From contig JAZDQA010000004.1 in NCBI GenBank assembly GCA_043797085.1, positions 32,001 through 96,000 on the forward strand: a DNA stretch of 64,000 nucleotides. Direction: 5' to 3'. Both the position numbers and the translations under genes were made by a program. Numbering within the stretch: position 1 is the stretch's first letter; every line of letters starts with the position of its first letter. The DNA comes from Pseudomonadota bacterium. Lineage in GTDB: Bacteria > Campylobacterota > Campylobacteria > Campylobacterales > Sulfurimonadaceae. Below the pieces are notes generated by a model. It saw nothing but the letters and a program-made list of their open reading frames with translations, was not told the DNA's origin and made no database searches. This document shows positions 7,969 to 16,445 of the stretch, in pieces.

Positions 7969-10536
7969 ATGCTCCAATCGTTCGTAGGAAAATTATTCGG
8001 AACTCAAAACGACCGTGAAATAAAAAAATACAGCAAACGTGTTGAACTAATAAATGCTCGCGAAGCGTATTTTACTGATATGAGTGATGAGGCTTTACAA
8101 GAAGCGTTTAATGCTCTCAAAGCATCCGTTCTCTCAGGTAACAAATCACTAAATGACGTTTTGGTTGATTCTTTTGCTATTACTAGAGAAGCCAGTAAGC
8201 GTGTTCTTGGGATGCGCCATTTTGATGTTCAGCTCATCGGCGGGATGGTTTTGCACGAGGGTCGAATCGCAGAGATGAAGACAGGGGAGGGGAAAACTCT
8301 CGTTGCTACTCTCGCGGTTATTCTCAATGCAATGAGCGAGCAAGGGGTACATGTCGTCACAGTCAATGATTACCTAGCTTCTCGTGACAGCTCAGAAATG
8401 GCTCCGCTTTATTCTTTTTTAGGGTATGAGACAGGCGTGATTTTAGAAGGTGAATACAATCCTGCCGCAAAACGTCTTCAATACGCCGCAGATATTACCT
8501 ACGGTACCAACAACGAATTTGGATTTGATTATCTTCGTGACAATATGACCTACACGAAAGAGCACATGGTTCAGCGCGGACATTCATTCGTTATTGTTGA
8601 TGAAGTGGATTCTATTCTTATTGATGAAGCACGTACTCCGCTAATCATTTCAGGACCTACGAATCGTACACTCGAAAACTACACTCGTGCGGATGCAGTG
8701 GCAAAAGCGTTAGTAAAAGATGAGCATTTTACCGTTGATGAGAAAGATCGTCTTATCCTCATAACCGAAGAGGGGATCATCAAAGCTGAAGAGCTTTTCG
8801 GTGTGGGCAATATTTACAGTGTTGAAAATGCCTCACTTTCGCATCACCTCGATCAAGCGCTTAAAGCCAACTACATTTTTGAAGTGGATGTTGATTATGT
8901 TTTACGTGATAATCAAGTAGTGATCGTTGATGAGTTTACCGGACGTCTCTCTGAGGGGCGACGCTATTCTGAAGGTTTACATCAAGCACTCGAAGCAAAA
9001 GAGGGTGCTCTTATCAAAGAAGAGACTCAAACTCTTGCCGACATTACCTTCCAAAACTATTTTAGAATGTATAAAAAAATCGCTGGGATGACAGGTACTG
9101 CCCAGACTGAAGCGACTGAGTTTGCCCAAATATACAATCTTGACGTTGTCTCGATTCCTACGAATGTGACCGTTATCCGTCAAGATCTCAATGATTTGAT
9201 TTATAAAACCGAAGCCGAAAAGTTTGCCGCCGTTATAGCCAAAGTCAAAGAGTTAAGTGCAAAAGGGCAACCGGTTCTGATCGGTACAGCGTCCATTGAA
9301 AAATCCGAAAAATTGCATCAGATTATTAAAGCAGAAAAAATTCCGCATACCGTTTTGAATGCAAAAAATCATACACAAGAATCTGAAATCATCAAAAGTG
9401 CCGGCGCAAAAGGTGCTGTAACGATTGCTACCAATATGGCAGGACGTGGTGTTGATATTAAAGTAGACGATGAGATCAAAGCGCTTGGCGGTTTGTATAT
9501 CATCGGAACCGAACGCCATGAAAATCGCCGTATTGACAATCAGCTTCGGGGGCGTTCAGGGCGTCAGGGCGATCCGGGAATCAGTCAGTTTTATTTGAGT
9601 TTAGATGACAGCCTTCTTCGTATTTTTGGTTCAGATAAGATCAAATCGATTATGGAGCGTTTAGGGGTTGAAGATGGCGAGTATATCGAATCTGCCATGG
9701 TAACACGTGCGGTTGAAAAAGCTCAGAAAAAAGTTGAGAATATGCACTTTGAAGGGCGAAAACACATTGTTGAGTACGATGATGTTGCCAATGAACAACG
9801 TAAAATTGTTTATAAATTTCGGGGTGAATTGCTTGACCCTGACTATGATATCTCAACTAAAATCGACTCCATCCGTGAAGAATACGCAGTACGACTGTTA
9901 AGTGAATGTTCGATTTATGACGGAATGCAAAAGGATGAGATGGATTTGGATCATCTCAAAAAACGGATTTTAGAAGATGTAAATATTGAGGTAGAATTTA
10001 ATTTTGTAGATGAGATTACTTACGCGAGTTTATTAAGTCTGGTATCTGGACAGCTTAAAGAAAATTATGATGAAAAAATGTCTCAAATCGATTCAACGAC
10101 ACGTTCTGCGATCGAAAAAGAGATTTATCTCAAAACATTAGATACTGCATGGCGTGAACATCTTTATCAAATGGACAGTATGAAAACAGGGATTCGTCTT
10201 CGTGCTTACAATCAAAAAGATCCATTGGTTGAGTATAAAAAAGAGAGTTATAATCTCTTTACTGAGTTGGTCAGTGCAATTAAATACGATACGATCAAAA
10301 CACTTCATGTGATTCAATTTAGAGTTGAGCATGCAGAAGAGGAAGCAGAAGCATTGGCTCATCGTATGGAGATTGAAAAACGTCAAGAAGAGCTTCAAAT
10401 GTCACTAATGGGAGCGCCATCGGAGTTGGAAAGCTCTAAAGTTTCACGCAATGATGATTGTCCGTGCGGCAGTGGATTAAAATACAAAAACTGCTGTGGA
10501 AAATCAGGACCTAAAAAAGGGATTTTTGCCTCTTGA
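7969..10536 (+). CDS. secA: Preprotein translocase ATPase SecA
   Basis: [28 protein letters not shown]-terminal [17 protein letters not shown]. Confidence 0.99.
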   Translation: MLQSFVGKLFGTQNDREIKKYSKRVELINAREAYFTDMSDEALQEAFNALKASVLSGNKSLNDVLVDSFAITREASKRVLGMRHFDVQLIGGMVLHEGRIAEMKTGEGKTLVATLAVILNAMSEQGVHVVTVNDYLASRDSSEMAPLYSFLGYETGVILEGEYNPAAKRLQYAADITYGTNNEFGFDYLRDNMTYTKEHMVQRGHSFVIVDEVDSILIDEARTPLIISGPTNRTLENYTRADAVAKALVKDEHFTVDEKDRLILITEEGIIKAEELFGVGNIYSVENASLSHHLDQALKANYIFEVDVDYVLRDNQVVIVDEFTGRLSEGRRYSEGLHQALEAKEGALIKEETQTLADITFQNYFRMYKKIAGMTGTAQTEATEFAQIYNLDVVSIPTNVTVIRQDLNDLIYKTEAEKFAAVIAKVKELSAKGQPVLIGTASIEKSEKLHQIIKAEKIPHTVLNAKNHTQESEIIKSAGAKGAVTIATNMAGRGVDIKVDDEIKALGGLYIIGTERHENRRIDNQLRGRSGRQGDPGISQFYLSLDDSLLRIFGSDKIKSIMERLGVEDGEYIESAMVTRAVEKAQKKVENMHFEGRKHIVEYDDVANEQRKIVYKFRGELLDPDYDISTKIDSIREEYAVRLLSECSIYDGMQKDEMDLDHLKKRILEDVNIEVEFNFVDEITYASLLSLVSGQLKENYDEKMSQIDSTTRSAIEKEIYLKTLDTAWREHLYQMDSMKTGIRLRAYNQKDPLVEYKKESYNLFTELVSAIKYDTIKTLHVIQFRVEHAEEEAEALAHRMEIEKRQEELQMSLMGAPSELESSKVSRNDDCPCGSGLKYKNCCGKSGPKKGIFAS

Positions 10537-11729
10537 GTATCGTAAGCTACCTCGTCAAACGTTTTTTGCGCTTTGATAAAGAGCAACCTTTTATTTTTCT
10601 CTCTGCTCTTCTAGCCTTTTTAGGGATTGCCCTTGGGGTGATGGTTCTTATCATCGCCATGGCTCTTATGAACGGTTTTGATAATGAGTTCAAGAAAAAA
10701 CTCACCGTTATGAACTACCCTCTTACGATTCAGCCCAAATTTTTTGGTTCAGTTGATAAAACATTATTGCTTAAACTCGAAGAAAAATTTCCCGAACTCT
10801 CTTTCAGCCCCTATTTAACTTCTTCTGTTTTGTCCCGTTATGATACTATGCTTGAGGGTGGGTATCTTTTTGGGGTTGATTTTAAACGGGAAGCAGCAGT
10901 AAATGACATTGTAGCACTGGGTTTGAAGCAACATATCCCAACAGGTTTTGAAGTCATGAGCGGTAAAGGTCTTATCGAAGAATATGGTATCTCAAAAAAC
11001 GAAAAACTAACGTACATATTCACACAGCTTGAGCCGGGCGGCATTGCCATGACCCCTAAGATGAAACGTTTTAAGATAACCGCAACGTTTGATTCGGGTT
11101 TAAGTGCATACGATAAAGGGTATTCGTATACCACAATTGAATCCATGCAAAAGGTATTAGGTATTCCAGACGGGCTTTATGATGGAATACATGTTCATTC
11201 GCTTAATCCTGAAGCCGATATCAGCAAAGTTTCCGCTGTATTGCCCGAATCCGTCTCAATTCGCGGATGGTGGGAAGATAATAGTAACTTTTTTGCTGCG
11301 CTCAAAATGGAAAAAATGTCTCTTTTCATTGTCCTAATGCTCATAATACTCATCGCTGCTATCAATATTATCTCTTCGCTTCTAATGACAGTGATGAACC
11401 GTCGCAGTGAAATTGCTCTATTAATTTCACTTGGAGCATCCAAGCAAGAGGTAAAAAAAGTATTTTTGATTTTAGGTGTAGTGATTGGGGTATTGGGAAT
11501 TATCACAGGTTCTATTCTCGGATTTTTCGGAATATGGGTTTTGGGTACGTTTGATATTATCTCATTGCCCGCTGATGTATATCCAACTTCAACGCTTCCG
11601 CTTGATTTGACTTTAGGTGACTTTTTATCGATAATCATCGGGGCATTCTTTATTGTTCTAGCCTCAGCATGGTATCCTGCTAAAAAAGCGGCCGATGTGG
11701 ATGTCCTCACGGTATTAAGAAACGAGTAG
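10533..11729 (+). CDS. LolC/E (LolF)-family lipoprotein-releasing ABC permease
   Basis: FtsX/MacB-type permease with [33 protein letters not shown] start overlaps the secA stop. Confidence 0.9.
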   Translation: MSIVSYLVKRFLRFDKEQPFIFLSALLAFLGIALGVMVLIIAMALMNGFDNEFKKKLTVMNYPLTIQPKFFGSVDKTLLLKLEEKFPELSFSPYLTSSVLSRYDTMLEGGYLFGVDFKREAAVNDIVALGLKQHIPTGFEVMSGKGLIEEYGISKNEKLTYIFTQLEPGGIAMTPKMKRFKITATFDSGLSAYDKGYSYTTIESMQKVLGIPDGLYDGIHVHSLNPEADISKVSAVLPESVSIRGWWEDNSNFFAALKMEKMSLFIVLMLIILIAAINIISSLLMTVMNRRSEIALLISLGASKQEVKKVFLILGVVIGVLGIITGSILGFFGIWVLGTFDIISLPADVYPTSTLPLDLTLGDFLSIIIGAFFIVLASAWYPAKKAADVDVLTVLRNE

Positions 11730-11771
11730 GTTTCGCTATAATATCCTCACTTTAACAGTGAGGCACATAAT

Positions 11772-11885
11772 TTGTCACTTTTTCAAAAATCTGTTTTAAA
11801 TTCTATCAAACAAGATGAAAGCATAGTCGCTACGCGATGGGCACAGTATCAAAATTTATTTAAAGATAAGGTATTGTCATGTTAA
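11772..11885 (+). pseudogene. Probable 5' remnant of a type IIG (Eco57I-like) restriction-modification gene
   Basis: TTG-start 37-codon ORF MSLFQKSVLNSIKQDESIVATRWAQYQNLF..., preceded by GCTATAAT (11735-11742) and a GAGG RBS. From recall, it resembles N-termini of Campylobacterota type IIG R-M proteins (not searched). Confidence 0.6.
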
Positions 11886-13231
11886 TGACACTTATTTTTA
11901 TAATAGCTTTATTAACATTATATTTTATCATCAAATCCAAAAAACAATCCAATCAAACATTCACACAACCTGATGTTAAAAGAAATACTGCTTCATATAA
12001 TGCACATCTCATGGACGCACAACCATCCCGCATAACAAATAATTTTTCACCCGTTAAGATCGTGGAAAATGATAACGAGTTAGAAAAAATTGTTCCCAAT
12101 TTTCATACAAGAAGAGAAAATAAAATAGTTGAATTAACAGATAGTTTGGGTAAAGCACTTCCTAATGATGTTATTTGGGGGATTTTACAAGATTTAATTT
12201 TAGAGTATATTTTAAAAGATCACAAGATATATATCAATACTTTCTATCAACAAGGTTTATTGCTACAAAAAGAGAAAAAATATAAACAAGCTATCACACA
12301 CTACTCGTATGGTTTATATTATCTAATGAATTTCTATAAAGCGGATTTTAATCCCACTTCTCACATTATAGATTTAGTACGCAACGAAATACAATTAATA
12401 GAAATGGCTCAGTATAAGTTCATCAATAAAATACAAATTTGTATGAAAAAAGAGGAGCTTACGGTTGATGAAGTAAAGGATTTATCTTACAAATTGATAA
12501 AAAATAGCTCTTTTCCTTATTTGAACTTTGAGCAATTTTTTGTAATTATAGAACCACATATTCGACTAAAAAATAAAGTTGAATTTGAAGAGGGAACTAT
12601 TGGAAGCTTACAAGATAAGCCGTTGTCTGAATGGATTAGAGATAACGATGATATTATCAGTGGCTTAGAGTTTAATGCAACTTTGCAACTTAGAACACCG
12701 TTAGAAGTGTTAATTCATCATGGTGAAGTTTTTAGCAGAAAGGAGGGGCGACCCCCTCAATATGCAAAAGAAGCATGGCAAGGTATATGGACGCATAAAT
12801 TAAAATCATGGAAAGAAATTGATCCTGATTTAGACTGTATGCCTGAATTACCTTTTGGTACGACGGCTTCAGATATAGGGAGTTTAGAACCTGATGAAGT
12901 AAAAGAATATTTAGATTTTTTAATCAAATTTCATACAATCGCTGAAAGTGATTTAACCGCAGATGAAAAAATCAAACAGATTAAACAATTAGAAAAAAGT
13001 GATTCTAATTTTAGAGCCTATTATAAAAAGCAAAGTAAGGGAGATAAAGAATTTTTAGAGTCTTATTTCAACCTGCTTATTAAAAATATACTCCCACCAA
13101 AAGTTACAAAAAGTTTGAATGATACTGGTTATAGAATACTGAAAGATTTAAAAGGCGTTGATCCCAAAGAGTTATTAAAATTAGAGGGAGTCGGTAAAGC
13201 TACGATTGATAAGTTAGTTCAATATTTATAG
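11879..13231 (+). CDS. Hypothetical protein: N-terminal TM anchor, TPR-like helices, ATLQLRTPL region, C-terminal helix-hairpin-helix
   Basis: Hydrophobic N-terminus; YQQGLLLQKEKKYKQAITHY is TPR-like; LLKLEGVGKATIDKL is an HhH motif; AT-rich. Confidence 0.75.
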   Translation: MLMTLIFIIALLTLYFIIKSKKQSNQTFTQPDVKRNTASYNAHLMDAQPSRITNNFSPVKIVENDNELEKIVPNFHTRRENKIVELTDSLGKALPNDVIWGILQDLILEYILKDHKIYINTFYQQGLLLQKEKKYKQAITHYSYGLYYLMNFYKADFNPTSHIIDLVRNEIQLIEMAQYKFINKIQICMKKEELTVDEVKDLSYKLIKNSSFPYLNFEQFFVIIEPHIRLKNKVEFEEGTIGSLQDKPLSEWIRDNDDIISGLEFNATLQLRTPLEVLIHHGEVFSRKEGRPPQYAKEAWQGIWTHKLKSWKEIDPDLDCMPELPFGTTASDIGSLEPDEVKEYLDFLIKFHTIAESDLTADEKIKQIKQLEKSDSNFRAYYKKQSKGDKEFLESYFNLLIKNILPPKVTKSLNDTGYRILKDLKGVDPKELLKLEGVGKATIDKLVQYL

Positions 13232-13252
13232 AAATGTTAAGGCTAAAGAAAA

Positions 13253-13966
13253 ATGAATAGAATAGATACTTTCATCACAAAAATAGATACGATAGGTGAT
13301 CAGTTTTTAGAAACTATTATCAAACCAATAGCTAAAGGTGCTTTGAACTTAGCTATCAATGATACAAAACTGACACAATCTTATTTAACACTAAAAACAG
13401 CTTTTATGGAAAATAAAATATCAATTTTTTTGCAGTATCTCAGTGAAAAAAATAATATTGATGCTATCAATTTTATTGATGATCTTAATGATGCAGAAAA
13501 AAAGTTTTTTATTGAAAGTGTAAATAAAGTAATCGATCTTGATAATAGCCTTCAAATTTATATATTGGCTCTACTAACTAAAAATTTTATTACCAACGGA
13601 AAATTAAATTATTATGAAAAATCCCTTTATTATGGGATCAATCAGATTTCAGAAGATGATTTTACGATTTATTACTGCTTTTATTCTAAAAAAATTCTTG
13701 GAAATGAAAAGACTGGAAGTTTTTATATAGACTACGAACTTGAAAATAAAGAAGTTATCGAAATAGTATTAAATAAATTTATTTCATTGGGCATAATAAA
13801 AGATGCCAGCACTGATAAAGGTTTTCGAATTGAATTATTTGAATTTTCAAAAGTGTTATATCAATATTTAGCTGATTATTTTGATGCTCAAGTTGTGTGT
13901 GATGATTGGATGCGAGTTAATCCAAATAAGACTGGAATGTGGAAGATAAAAATGGTTGGCATTTAA
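13253..13966 (+). CDS. Hypothetical protein, possibly Abi-alpha/DUF4393-like helical protein with C-terminal wHTH
   Basis: 237-aa AT-rich ORF. The pattern KI..FL...VIDLD...ILALL..F..G..N......I.QISEDD and C-terminal LNKFISLGII are reminiscent of this family; assignment tentative. Confidence 0.6.
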   Translation: MNRIDTFITKIDTIGDQFLETIIKPIAKGALNLAINDTKLTQSYLTLKTAFMENKISIFLQYLSEKNNIDAINFIDDLNDAEKKFFIESVNKVIDLDNSLQIYILALLTKNFITNGKLNYYEKSLYYGINQISEDDFTIYYCFYSKKILGNEKTGSFYIDYELENKEVIEIVLNKFISLGIIKDASTDKGFRIELFEFSKVLYQYLADYFDAQVVCDDWMRVNPNKTGMWKIKMVGI

Positions 13967-13972
13967 ATCAAA

Positions 13973-14017
13973 ATGACTAAACAATTAGATGAGATAGTGA
14001 TTGTGGAGGGGAAATAA
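13973..14017 (+). pseudogene. Probable 3' remnant of a type IIG R-M gene (..DEIVIVEGK*)
   Basis: Reads MTKQLDEIVIVEGK*, resembling the typical EEIxIVEG(K)* C-terminus of these enzymes. It supplies the GGAGG RBS for the next ORF. Confidence 0.5.
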
Positions 14018-14827
14018 ATGAGCGGTAAAGAAAATCAGAGTTCTGAAGACAATTTTAATGAAGCTCGTTTGACGAATAGAGGTTATGAAACTCTTTTCAA
14101 AGCACAGCAATCGATTAATGTATTCTCTAATAAAAATGCCCACAATTATTTCAGACATGGTGTGATTGTTAGGCTTTGTCTCATTATAGAGAGTAGAAAT
14201 CTATTGGTAGACCTCATATCTAAAAAAAATGGAAATCGCACCGATACAACTTTAGAAAATATTTATTTGAATTCCATGTATATTAATATGATAGCTACTT
14301 TTGATAATGTAGCATGGGCACTTCAGCATGAACATAATCTAATCGAAGGTGCAAATGAAAATAACCCACAGAAGAGAGAGATAGGTATTTATAACACAAA
14401 ATTTTTTGAGAAATTGAGAATAGAGGATGAAAATCTACATATTAATTTAAAAGTGTATAAAGCTTGGTATGAAAAACTCAAAGATTTCAGAGATCCTGTT
14501 GCACATAGAATACCTTTATATTGTCCTCCAATAAGTATTACAGATGCTAAAGAATTCGAAGAATATAATAATCTTAATACAAAACTCTCTGAAGTAAAAT
14601 ATAAAGATAATCCTCAACAATACATGGAATTAGTAGATAAGCTACATCACATAGGTTCATTTCAGCCTGTTTTTATAGTTTTGAGTGAAAATGAGATATT
14701 AAGCTATGATTTACGTAAAACAACACATGCAGATTACAAATCTTTTTTAGAGGTAATGGATATGTTTTTTACGTGGATAAGTAAGAGAGAACGGGGACAG
14801 GCTGAATTAAATGAGGGAAAAGCGTGA
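14018..14827 (+). CDS. HEPN-domain protein (putative RNase toxin, Cthe_2314-like)
   Basis: Apparently mainly helical; RxxxxH motif LKDFRDPVAHR at about 14489-14506 and upstream ATFDNVAW. Confidence 0.65.
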   Translation: MSGKENQSSEDNFNEARLTNRGYETLFKAQQSINVFSNKNAHNYFRHGVIVRLCLIIESRNLLVDLISKKNGNRTDTTLENIYLNSMYINMIATFDNVAWALQHEHNLIEGANENNPQKREIGIYNTKFFEKLRIEDENLHINLKVYKAWYEKLKDFRDPVAHRIPLYCPPISITDAKEFEEYNNLNTKLSEVKYKDNPQQYMELVDKLHHIGSFQPVFIVLSENEILSYDLRKTTHADYKSFLEVMDMFFTWISKRERGQAELNEGKA

Positions 14828-14870
14828 ACAAATGATGGTATAGAAATTGAGGTGATACCTATAACTAATC

Positions 14871-14939
14871 GGAAGTGGGACTTTAGTCCCGCACTATGGC
14901 GAAGCTGATACCCAATGGGGCAGACCCAGCCTCACTTCC
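14871..14939. repeat. REP-doublet, second copy
   Basis: GGAAGTGGGACTTTAGTCCCGC ... GGCGAAGCT(insert)AGCCTCACTTCC; compensatory GAC/GTC versus GGC/GCC relative to the 5986 copy. Confidence 0.7.
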
Positions 14940-14989
14940 AACAATAAGGGTCAAGTATTCAATCTTCATTTTTTAAAAACGATGAGGGG

Positions 14990-15109
14990 GGCAAGGGGTA
15001 AAACCCCTTCACATACGGTTTTTGGAGGACAAAAAAAAAGGTCAAGGGTAATTACTCCCTCGACCTTCTCTTGTCGCTCCATTAACCGTATGGAAAGTTT
15101 TGTATTAGC
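14990..15109 (-). ncRNA. Candidate structured small RNA (long rod-like hairpin)
   Basis: TGATATAAT extended -10 at 15124-15116; 81-nt hairpin at 15092-15012 with three G.U wobbles on the minus strand only; downstream hairpin AAGGGGTTTTACCCCTT. Confidence 0.55.
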
Positions 15110-15169
15110 GATAAAATTATATCACAGAAAATAAATAAAAACTGTAGATAGTCTCAATATTAATGATTG

Positions 15170-15240
15170 TAAAAGGGAAGTTAAAAACGTTGCTGGAAGT
15201 TACCCCTTGAAAACAAGGGGAGCGCATAAAGCGATTTATG
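15170..15240 (-). ncRNA. Second candidate small RNA
   Basis: TGCTACAAT extended -10 at 15254-15246; hairpins CATAAA-TCGC-TTTATG and CCCCTTG-TTTT-CAAGGGG. Confidence 0.4.
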
Positions 15241-15347
15241 AAAGTATTGTAGCACAATTAGCTCTAAAAATGATTAAACAGTAAAGTCTATAATCTCATT
15301 TTAGATATACTTTCTCCAGTATATTATCCCCTAATTTGAGATGAGAA

Positions 15348-16343
15348 ATGGTAAAACCTTCGATTAAAACAACAAAACAAAAAAAAGTAATTAAAAAAAT
15401 AAAACCAAAAAAAGTTAGCAGTTTTAAGTGGCTCCTTCTAAGTATTTTGATGATAATCTTAGTATTCATAGCCTATCTATTGACATCTGTAACATCACCA
15501 AAAATCGTTTATATTCCACAAGGATCAGCCTTTACGAGCATAGCGCATCTTCAGGATGAAGGGGTAGATGTTTATAAGGCAGATGCCATTATTCTTCGTC
15601 TTTTGGGTAAGCCTCAGCAGGGGTGGATAGATCTAAAAAAAGAGAAACATACTCGTATTGAATTTCTTTATCGTCTCACTACGGCAAAAGCGGCAACTCA
15701 TGAGATAACATTAATCCCAGGTGAGACTACGACCGTATTTTTAGATCAACTTTCCCAACAACTCTCCTTGGACAGTAAAAAGCTGCATGCCCTCTACAAA
15801 GAGTCTGAAGAGATTTCAGAGGGGATGTTTGTTCCTGATACCTACAGTATTCCAAAAGAAATTGATGAAGAACAGATTATAAAATTTTTGTTAGAGCGAT
15901 CCAAACAAAAACAAAAAGAGCTCTCTATTGAGCTTACCGGAAGCTATGATAAAGAAAAATGGTTACATATTGTAACACTTGCGTCGGTCATTCAAAAAGA
16001 AGCAGCCTCAGTAGCCGATATGCCGATGGTAAGCTCCGTGATCCAAAATCGACTGGCAAAAAACATGCGATTGCAGATGGACGGGACCTTAAATTACGGT
16101 AATTACTCCCATCAAAAGGTAACAGCAGCACGAATCCGTAGTGATAAAACCTCCTATAATACCTACAAACACCGAGGTTTGCCGGAGTTTCCTGTCTGTA
16201 ATGTGAGCAAAGAAGCATTGTTGGCTGCACTGCATCCAAAAAAGACGGATTACCTCTATTTCGTACGGGGTAAAGATGGCGAGCATATTTATAGTAGTTA
16301 CTTTTCTACACACCATAGAAACATAGTAAATGCTACAAAATGA
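15348..16343 (+). CDS. mltG: Endolytic transglycosylase MltG (YceG)
   Basis: N-terminal TM, LASVIQKEA, NRLAKNMRLQMDGT, YNTYKHRGLP, YLYFV. Confidence 0.93.
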   Translation: MVKPSIKTTKQKKVIKKIKPKKVSSFKWLLLSILMIILVFIAYLLTSVTSPKIVYIPQGSAFTSIAHLQDEGVDVYKADAIILRLLGKPQQGWIDLKKEKHTRIEFLYRLTTAKAATHEITLIPGETTTVFLDQLSQQLSLDSKKLHALYKESEEISEGMFVPDTYSIPKEIDEEQIIKFLLERSKQKQKELSIELTGSYDKEKWLHIVTLASVIQKEAASVADMPMVSSVIQNRLAKNMRLQMDGTLNYGNYSHQKVTAARIRSDKTSYNTYKHRGLPEFPVCNVSKEALLAALHPKKTDYLYFVRGKDGEHIYSSYFSTHHRNIVNATK

Positions 16344-16445
16344 AACACATTGGAAGATTTCTCCCTCCGGTTAAGGGACAAATAGAAAAAAAGGTTTAAG
16401 TAAGTGTTATGATGCTTTCATAAAAAAAAATGACAGGAGAACCTG

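Noticed and set aside
15012..15092. SRP (4.5S) or 6S RNA identity for the long hairpin
   Set aside because: It lacks the SRP helix-8 GGAA motif and is too short, with no central bubble, for 6S.
14982..15134. 50-codon plus-strand ORF MRGARGKTP...
   Set aside because: No RBS, and the G.U asymmetry and promoter favour a minus-strand RNA.
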